57,383 nt of DNA from a virus (lineage: Duplodnaviria > Caudoviricetes): IMG/VR virus record IMGVR_UViG_3300032299_000921, positions 1-57,383 of that record; one strand, written 5' to 3'. Positions 25,857 through 34,800 of the stretch are shown piece after piece (positions within the stretch are counted from its first letter, which is position 1; every line of letters begins with the position of its first letter). The notes below the pieces were generated by a model that was not told where the DNA came from, did no database searches, and saw nothing but the letters and a program-made list of their open reading frames with translations. A program made the translations under genes and the position numbers.

Positions 25857-28800
25857 TTATTTCTTTGAATCAAAATAGGACCTATTAGGCTTTTCCTTAT
25901 AACTCGGAGTCCATCTTGGTTGAAGTTCAGACTCAAGAACGTTCTTCAAATCTGTAACAGGAGAAACTTGATTAAGAATAACCATATCGTTTTCAGTAAG
26001 AAGATTACGATCTTTCATTGTTCTAATAATTGCAGCTGCTCTATTCGCAAGAAAATCCTTTTTGTAATCTGATTCTGCTTTTGCAAACCTCTCGTTCATT
26101 TTTTGGAAATATTCTTCGATGTATCCATTTTCCTCTTCGTTAGTTGTAGCATTACGAACTAACGCTTTTACATCTTCTACCTTTTGTCCAGCACCACCTT
26201 CTTTTACTTCATCCATAGCACCCATCATATATTCACCTAAGATTCTTAATTCGTCTCTGTAGATGTCATTTGGCAGCTTGAATGGTTTGTCAAAGTTTGC
26301 GTTAGTTAAAACATTATCTTCGCTCTCTGTAAGTATAAAACTGTTTTTTCTTGGTCTGTTAAACATCTTCCAATACATATTTGCATCACCACCATTATCA
26401 CCATAAACTTGAACTAAATAAGCATTGTCAATCAAGAAACTTCTTACTTTTTGATGTTTGATTCTTTCATCAGCAGCCATAGAAGTTTCTAAACCTGTTC
26501 CTATTCTAAGAGAGGGGAAGTTTATTGCAGATTCTAAATAAGCAACAAAAGTTCCGGGCTCAGAAATTGTTTTTCTATAGGCTAAGTTTTCTCCAAATAA
26601 TCCTATTTCAGATTTGTAGAATTCACTTTGTGCGAGACCCAAACCTAAGACACCATTTCTGCTTAAATTCATATGTGCTTCTAAGAAAGTTCCACCAATG
26701 TTTATATTTTCTCTAGAAGGTTCTATTTCAGAAGCAAATTGAGAACTTTCCGCAAGACCAGAACTTCTTGGTTTACCAAGCAAAGATGGAGAAGTAAATG
26801 CAAAAGTACTCGCTAACATATTAGGTAAAATCTTTTGGGTATTTTGTTCTTTTTCGTCTGGATTTAAATTTCTCAAGAATAATTCTACTGTTTTAACAGA
26901 TGGAGTCTGTCTAAACACAGAACCTGTAACACCACTTAAAATAGTACCCATATCAAAGAATTCTTTAAATCCTTCTGTCTTATCGTTTTCAGCACTTCTT
27001 AATCTTTTTTGTTTAGCATAAGTAGCTGCCATATAACCTAAACCATAGCCAGTAAAAGTACCAAAGTTGGTTATATTCAAATAGTAATCTGTAGTTACTT
27101 CTTTGTCATATTTATCAAGGATTTTATCATCTTTAATTTTATAACCTTCAGGTAAATCTTTTGGATTAATATTTCTATTGATATTAAAACCGCCTCTTTT
27201 TCTGAAAAATTCTTCCGCAGTTAAATTTGGATTTGAGTACTTTGCACTCAGATAATCAATAACATAACTAATATTTACATCGTTGTCTTTGATTCCTAAT
27301 TGCTTAAATAATTTTTTCTTTTCTGGATCGTCTCCAGAAGAAAGTATTGCACCACTACCTGCAATTGCTCCTACAACAGTTAAAAAGGCAACACTTCTTG
27401 GTATATCAGCAGCAGCAGTAACCAATCTTCTTCTCTGCTCGAACAAATTAGCCAAATCTTTTTGGAATTGAATTTTTTGATTTGTATTCATTTTCTTTTT
27501 GGCTTTTCTGATTTGCTCTTTTGTAGTCGGAGAATCCAATTCTACTTCTTGAGTTGTCTCAAGTGCTTTAGAAGTAGTTGTAACTGCTTGACTACCAGCA
27601 GAAGGTAATGCTTTCTGAGATGGTAACAATAGATTTTGTTGATCTGTTGGGGTTACTGCTTGTTCGGTCTCAGGAACTTCTTTACCAATGTTATATTTCT
27701 TATAGAAGTCATTCTTTGCTTTGTTGTGCATGAATGCCATATAAGCAGTATTTAAAGTTGCTCCAATAGGATTACTTCTAAGCAAAATCTGCATTAAGAT
27801 GTTCGATGGAACTTTTGCGAAAATAAACATTGTCCATTGAGCAACATTTAAAGCTTGAACAGTAGCATTTGCCGAGCCCCATAGAATTTGTTGTAAGCCT
27901 TTATCCTCTGCCTTTGCCTCCAATGACTTCATATAGGTACTAATCATTGCCTTACGAATTGCTTTTCTTGGAGTACCGAGAAATTTATCGGCAAACAAGT
28001 TATCAGCAAAGAACACAGAACGTTGACCTTCTTTTTCAAAAGGATTGTTTCTTTCGTCTCTGAATATAGCCTCCATAAGTATGGCCATATTTCTTAGTTC
28101 TGCTTCTTGGTTTTCGAAAGCACCTTTGTTTTTCAAGTCTCTAACCAATGTTTCTGGAAGATTTTCATTCTCCATTTTAGAAGCAATAGTTAAGTAATCC
28201 AATAAGGCTTTTTTAGCAACGATATTACCGCCAAATTTGTCTAAACCAAACGCCATTAAACGACCAGTCAACTCACTCTCTTGCATCAAAGAGCGGAAGA
28301 ATGCTCCCATTATTGTATATGCTTTATTGTCGGCTAGAATCAACTTACCAGTCTTCTTGTGCTCGATAAGCATTGCTTGCATTGTATCTGCAAAATCTAA
28401 ATCTGTAAACTCAGCATTTTTATCTTTAAATGACTGAACCATCTTACCGATTAACTTACCTAAGTTAATAGCATCTTGTACAGAATTCACCCTTGCCATA
28501 TTCTCAAAGAATTTGGTTTGAGCAGTTCCGGGTATTTGTCCATAAAAAAATGCATCCATCGTTTGATTAATGGATTTAGATTTACTTTCCAAAAATGCTA
28601 ACTTTCTGTTTCTATATTCTTCTTTAGTTCTTGGGAATGCTCTGAGACCAATTTTACTTGGAATACCTCTGTCAACAAGTCTCTTAACTAGACCGCTATT
28701 TACGCCATATTTTGCAAGTAGGTTCTCGATATTAGAAACCGCACTTAATACAACAGTACCTGTTCCTAATAAAGCCAAAGCAGAACGATTTGCTATCACA

Positions 28801-31800
28801 TCACTCGTAAATCTGAATTGTAATCTTGGATCTGTTGTAATCATTGCAAAATCAAATTCAGCTTGCTCCAATGCAGATTCAGCATCTTTTAATTTACCAA
28901 TTGTTTCATCCGAAAAGTCATTTATCGCATCTCTCTTTGCCTTTTCAAATGCTGCTCTAGCATCATCCAATGCTTTAGCTCTAGCCTTAATCTCTGCTTC
29001 AAACGCTGGACTTACTTTGATATTGAAATCTTTAAGCATATCCACAAGAACATTTCCTTTGTTCTTATTCAACTCTCTTAAGATTCTAAGTATTCTACCA
29101 GCAGCAGTTCCTATCTCAGCAAGTGCTTGTATATTTTGATTTCCTACTGCTTCAATCTGAGTCCCAAGCTCTCCTGCAATAGCATCTGTAACATCATCGC
29201 CTTGTTTTAATCTGTCCACCAAAGCTTGAATTGCTGCCATCACCGGACTACCTTTTTCTACAGATAAATGCTTATTGATGTAATTCAAAATAGCAGTAGC
29301 ATTCATTACACCCAATTGCTCAGACATATCCCTCAATTGAGAGAACGTCATTGGGATTTTAGAAGCCCTAGCATCATCACTTAAACTTTGTTTGATTTCT
29401 TCATCGAAGTCTTCATCCAACATTAAGTTCTCAATGGTTTTTCTGTAGTTAGTACCGAAAATAGCATCAAGATTATGCTGAGGAATACCATACTCAAACA
29501 AAGCAGAATAAATTTCAAGATCGTTAAATTTAACCTCAGTTCCCACTGGCTCATATGGTGTAGCCAAGTTAGGGTCTACAACAGATTGACTTTCGCCCTC
29601 AGGTAACAATTGTCCGTCTACAGTTATAAATCTAACTCCCTTTCTCAAAAGAGTAACCAAATCCATCAAACTATTCTCAAGAATATATTTATCGATGAAG
29701 TTAATAATACCATCTTTTCTAGTGTTCCAAGAATCAGAGTAACCTTGCCAAGCCTCTTTTGCTTTTTCGCTGACATACATATCGTAAACACTTTGGAACT
29801 CAGCATTGTATTTACTACTACGCAAAGCCTCAAAAGAATACTTACCAAATAGTCTTCCGAAAATCTGCTCATTATTCAAACCTTGACCAAGCAATGCTTC
29901 ATAATCAGCATCAATTTCTCTACTTTGTTTACCTAAAGTTTCCGCTCTAGATTTTCTGACTTTATAAGTGCTTTCTATAGATGAAATATCGTCCTTCTGT
30001 ACCTCGTGATACATAGGCATTATTGCATCTAAAGAAGGGGATACTTCTTTAAGTTTTGGTAAAAATATTGTTGTTTCTCTAGAATCCGAAGTAATATGAT
30101 AAGGAGCTAATTTTTTTCTAGCAAAAATATTATATAGATTTTTTCTCTGTTCTTTAGCATCATAAATAGGAGTAAAGCTAACACTAGTTATATCTTCATT
30201 TTGATATAAACTAAAGGCTTTATTAATTATCTGTGTAAATAAATATTGTATAGATGGCCCCCAAGAAATCATATCACTATAACTACCTGCATCTTTTTCT
30301 TTGAAACTCATATTCACATCTCCATTTAAAAAATTAGTAGTTACTTCCATTTTTATAATTCTTCCATCTGGATGAACCATGTCAAATTCACCTTTTCTAT
30401 TTTTTGACATAAAATTAGTTCCAAAAGAAAAACGATTTGTATCTTCTATAAAATTATCTAAAGCATTATCTTTATTTGTTAAAAATTCACTATAAGTAGA
30501 TTTATAATTTCCATTTTTAAACGATTGAGGATCAAATGAGTTTCTTACTATATTTTGCTCTTCTTTATTGTTTATATTTTGAATAACAAAAACTTTTTTA
30601 TCTGTTGTTTCTTCAATCGTTTGTTTAAAATCTGACAACCTCAATACTTCTGAAAACATATTCATTAAATTATCAGGAATATTTTCGTCAGATAAATAAT
30701 CATTTAAAACTTGTATTTTACTAAAATTATGAATAAAATTAAAAGTTTTATATTTATTAGTTATAGTTTCAAAAAAATCAATAATATAATCTGAGCTGTC
30801 CATTATTGATTTTTCTTTAGGTGTAAAAATTTGAACAATATCAGTTGTAAAAAATCTTTGTGGGTTAACTAGAAGTGTTTTTGTATATGAATCATTTTTT
30901 TCAATTAAATCTTTCTTGATGTTTGTAACCATAAACGGATTTACATTTTTATTTTCCGCTATTTCAATCGCTCTAGTGTTGTTCAGTATAATTTGTCTAT
31001 CTAAACTGATAGCAAATTTTAATAACTTTCTAAAATTTAAAACCAAAGGATTTCCTCTTTCTAAATCTTTTTGAAAAGAACTATCAAAAAGTTTACTTAA
31101 ATTATTTAAATAATTTATATCAAAATCTTTTGGTGCTTCACTATAAATATAATCAGAAAAAGAAAGTTTGAATGAAGTGTATTTTTCACTACTAATAACC
31201 TCTTCCTCCATTAGATTATTATAGTCACTTGGGGTAAATTTAAAAACAGATTTTAAATAGTTATCATTGTTTAATATTTCTGAAACTTGTGAAATTTCAT
31301 CAAGTGGTAGATTTGTAAGATCTCCAGCAGGAGTAAAATAAATATTTTCTTTAAAAGCAGTAAGTGCATCAAATTTACTCTCAAAATAACTCAATGAATT
31401 TTTTAAAGACTCTTTAATTGAGGATTCTGGTTTAAAATCTTTATCTCTCAAAAATTGATTTCTAGGGTCAGCAAATTGTTTAGCTAGATATTGAAGAGGA
31501 GTCATCATTTGGTCCTTCAAATCTTGACTTGGTAAAATTATTTTTTGTGCTTCTATTTTATTGAAAGAAAATGTTTCTTTTATTATTTTAACAATTTCAT
31601 TCCATATTTTTTCTAATGCTTTATAAACTCCTGTTTTTAAATCATATTCTTCAGTAGCAATTTTACCAAAGTGGTCTAATAAAACTTTTTCTAGCATTTT
31701 ATTAAATTCAATACTATTAATATTAAACTCATTTGGGAAAGCATTACCAGCTGGATTATATGATTCTTTTAATATATTTTCAATTGTATATGCTGCACTA

Positions 31801-34800
31801 AATGCTTGTAATGCTTCTGGTGTTAAATCCGTATGGGTTCTCTCTAAATATTCAATTGCTTCTGCTTTTATTTCTCTTTGGAAATCTTTATAAAATTCTG
31901 AATTCTTATCTCTTAATAAATCTTTAATTAATTCAGAATAAAGAACAATATTATCTTGTTTAATGATTTCTAAAAATGCTCCAGAATATGCATATATTGG
32001 TGTATTTACTGTAGCATTTGCGGTATTAATCATAAATTTACCACTTTCGGTCCTCTTCCAAATATTATTATCAGCTCGATCGTGATAAAACTCATAAGGA
32101 ATACCCAATCGTTTTGAGAATTGGTCTGCAAGACTTTCCATAACTTGCATATTCTCAGCAACACTTTTTCTAATAACAGGAGTCATTTCTCTATCCAAGA
32201 GCATTGCTCTTCTCTGTTCTGCTGTTAAAGCTTTTGGATCTTCATTACTAGCAGGTAATCTTGTTCCAGGCTGAATACCTTGAGATGCCATTTGAGCGAT
32301 ACTAATTTTAGTGTCTCCAAATTGTAATGCAGTAAAAAAGTTTTCATTTACTGAATAGCCTGCTGGCAATAAGAAATGATCATACCCAGGAACTTTAGCA
32401 TTGAACTGAGGATGAGTCAATCCTTTACTTTGAATCTTCATAAAGTCAGCAGAAGGATCTAATGTAAATCCTCCATAGACAATTCCCCAAGGTGCTTTAA
32501 TCTCACTACCATCTTTTTCCAATTGGTCTCCGACAAAATAAGGTTCTCCATACGCATTATGGAATCCTATTTGGCTTATGCCATTTTCTAAAAATATCTT
32601 TTTAATGATAGGAGTTCTCTTATCAGTTCTCAAATTTTCTGTCGTTGGTAATATGCTATCAATAATTCCTTGACGAGCTGGAAAACTAAAAGAACTACCT
32701 GTTAAAGTTTTAACAAACGCATCTATTGATTTATTGTTTGTGAAGTCAACAGAACGTAAAACATTTGCAAAGTTTTTATCAAATTCTGCCTGAAGCAAAG
32801 GAAGCAAAGGTTGCATTCTTTGCTGTCTTAGCATTTTATTAGCTGCTTTTACTTCTTGTGGATCTGTTTCTTTAGATTTTGTTTCTGTCTCTATGTCTTT
32901 AATTGCTTTAAGTAATTTTGAGTCTTTACTGAATGTTTTTAGAACTGGAGTTCTATCAATTAATGCATTGTATATAGAGTTTTGTATCTCTTCTGATTGT
33001 TTTGGTGTCTGAACGATGTTGCTCAGAGCCCCAAAGGTATACTGCTGTGCATAGAAATTACCTAGTGCAGCCTTTGGTGCAGAAAGAGAAATTAAAACCA
33101 ATACAGGCTTACCATCACGACAAGCAGCAGCATTAGTCATTGTAGATCTAACAGTTCCTAAATTTACAGAGGCAAAACCAATACCTGCATCAGTATTTGC
33201 TTTAGCAGCCATATAACCATAGCCGCCCATTACAAACTCTCCGGTGTCATCTTTAACGAAGAAACCTGTATTGTCAGACATAATCAGCAACACAGCACCT
33301 TCATGGTCTTTAATTGCTTGTTCTAGAGTTTTTACTGGTAAATCAATTGCTAGTTTACTTGTTCCGGGTCTTTCAGTAAACTGACCTAAAACAGAATTCA
33401 AGTTCTCACTAGACTTTCTCATTCCAACTACAGTTCCTGTCTCAATATTACCTTCTGCCAATGCTTCTGCATCAAGCCCTTTAGGAATCATAAAACCACT
33501 TCTTAATTTAACGAAATTTTTCTCATCTATTCCTTTACCTTGTTTACTCTGAGACGCAAGGTAATTTAAGAAATTTATAGCAGCTGATTCTTTTTTGTAG
33601 TTAGCAAAAATGTCTATACCTGTAACATTTTTTACAATCCTAGAAAGAGCAGCTAATACTTTTGTAACAAAACTTACTTCTAATGGAGAATTAGCCCTGC
33701 TCAAAAGTGCAGCCAATTGTACTACAAATTCTTCTGCTGTTTCAGCATTTTCATAAGTACGATTTGCAAAGAAGTTTCGGAGCGATGGACCAAATTGTTG
33801 AAAAGCAATTTTCTCAATAGCAAATTGCATATCATCAATAATTTGCTGATTTTTCTCCCAACGTACAAATTTACCTTGTTCATTATAAACTTTTTTACCG
33901 AATGCTTTTAAAAGTGCAGCGTGAGCTATTTCGTGAGCAACAACATATTCATTTAAATTACCAGTTGTCTTTGGTAAATTGATATGAATTTCTACATCTT
34001 CTTTTTCGATAATCGCACCGTTATCATTTGAAATCTCATTTGTTTTTACTTCTTCATATCTATCTGTAGCTCTAGTATAACTTTCTGCTGATGTATGAAA
34101 TATTATTTTTCCTTCAGGAAACATAGATTTAAATGTTTCATATTGAGTTTTAATATCTCCTAATACTTGAGCTATAATTGGATTGTTTTTATTTGCTTCT
34201 AAAAATGCATCTAATGTTTCAACGTCACTAGCTTCAATTGAAGTTTTATTCTCCATTCCTGTAGGAAAGCTAAATGCTATCGGTTCTGCTTTTGCTTGTT
34301 GGTTTACAGGATTATTTGCATTTCTTTCAGTCTGATAACCAAGCAAAGTTTCATTTGAAACATCTACGCCAATATTAAATTTATTTACTAAATTTTCCAA
34401 TTCAGTTTTATACTCATTATCTATTTCTTGGTCGGTAAGAGTGCTTTTCTTATTCTTACTTCTTTTTACTTTCTCATCAATAAGTTTTTGATTGTACTGC
34501 TTTCTCAAATCTTCTTTAGAACGCATAAAGTCTTGCATTTTTCCAAAGAAAGAAGACGCATTTCCTATAAATTCATTTAGTTTAGTGTCTTTAGTATCTA
34601 AATTAAATGCACCTTCATAAATACCTCTAAATAGACTTGTGGCTAATTTAGGATTTTTCTGTAGTAGTTTATTCATTGATTCACTATCAGTTGCATAAAC
34701 AACACGACCAGTTTCAATGTTTTTTACCACAGCCAAATCTACCTCTTTATTTGCATCTTGTAAATCAGAAATTTTAGTATCAAGTTCTTTAATTTGTCCA

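Noticed and set aside
29403-29417. DEDFD (DxDxD) in the giant protein as an RNA polymerase catalytic loop
   Set aside because: It lies in an acidic helical stretch (MLDEDFDEEIK) without the G.DFD.D context or upstream conserved residues; likely chance, though only a structure search can exclude it.
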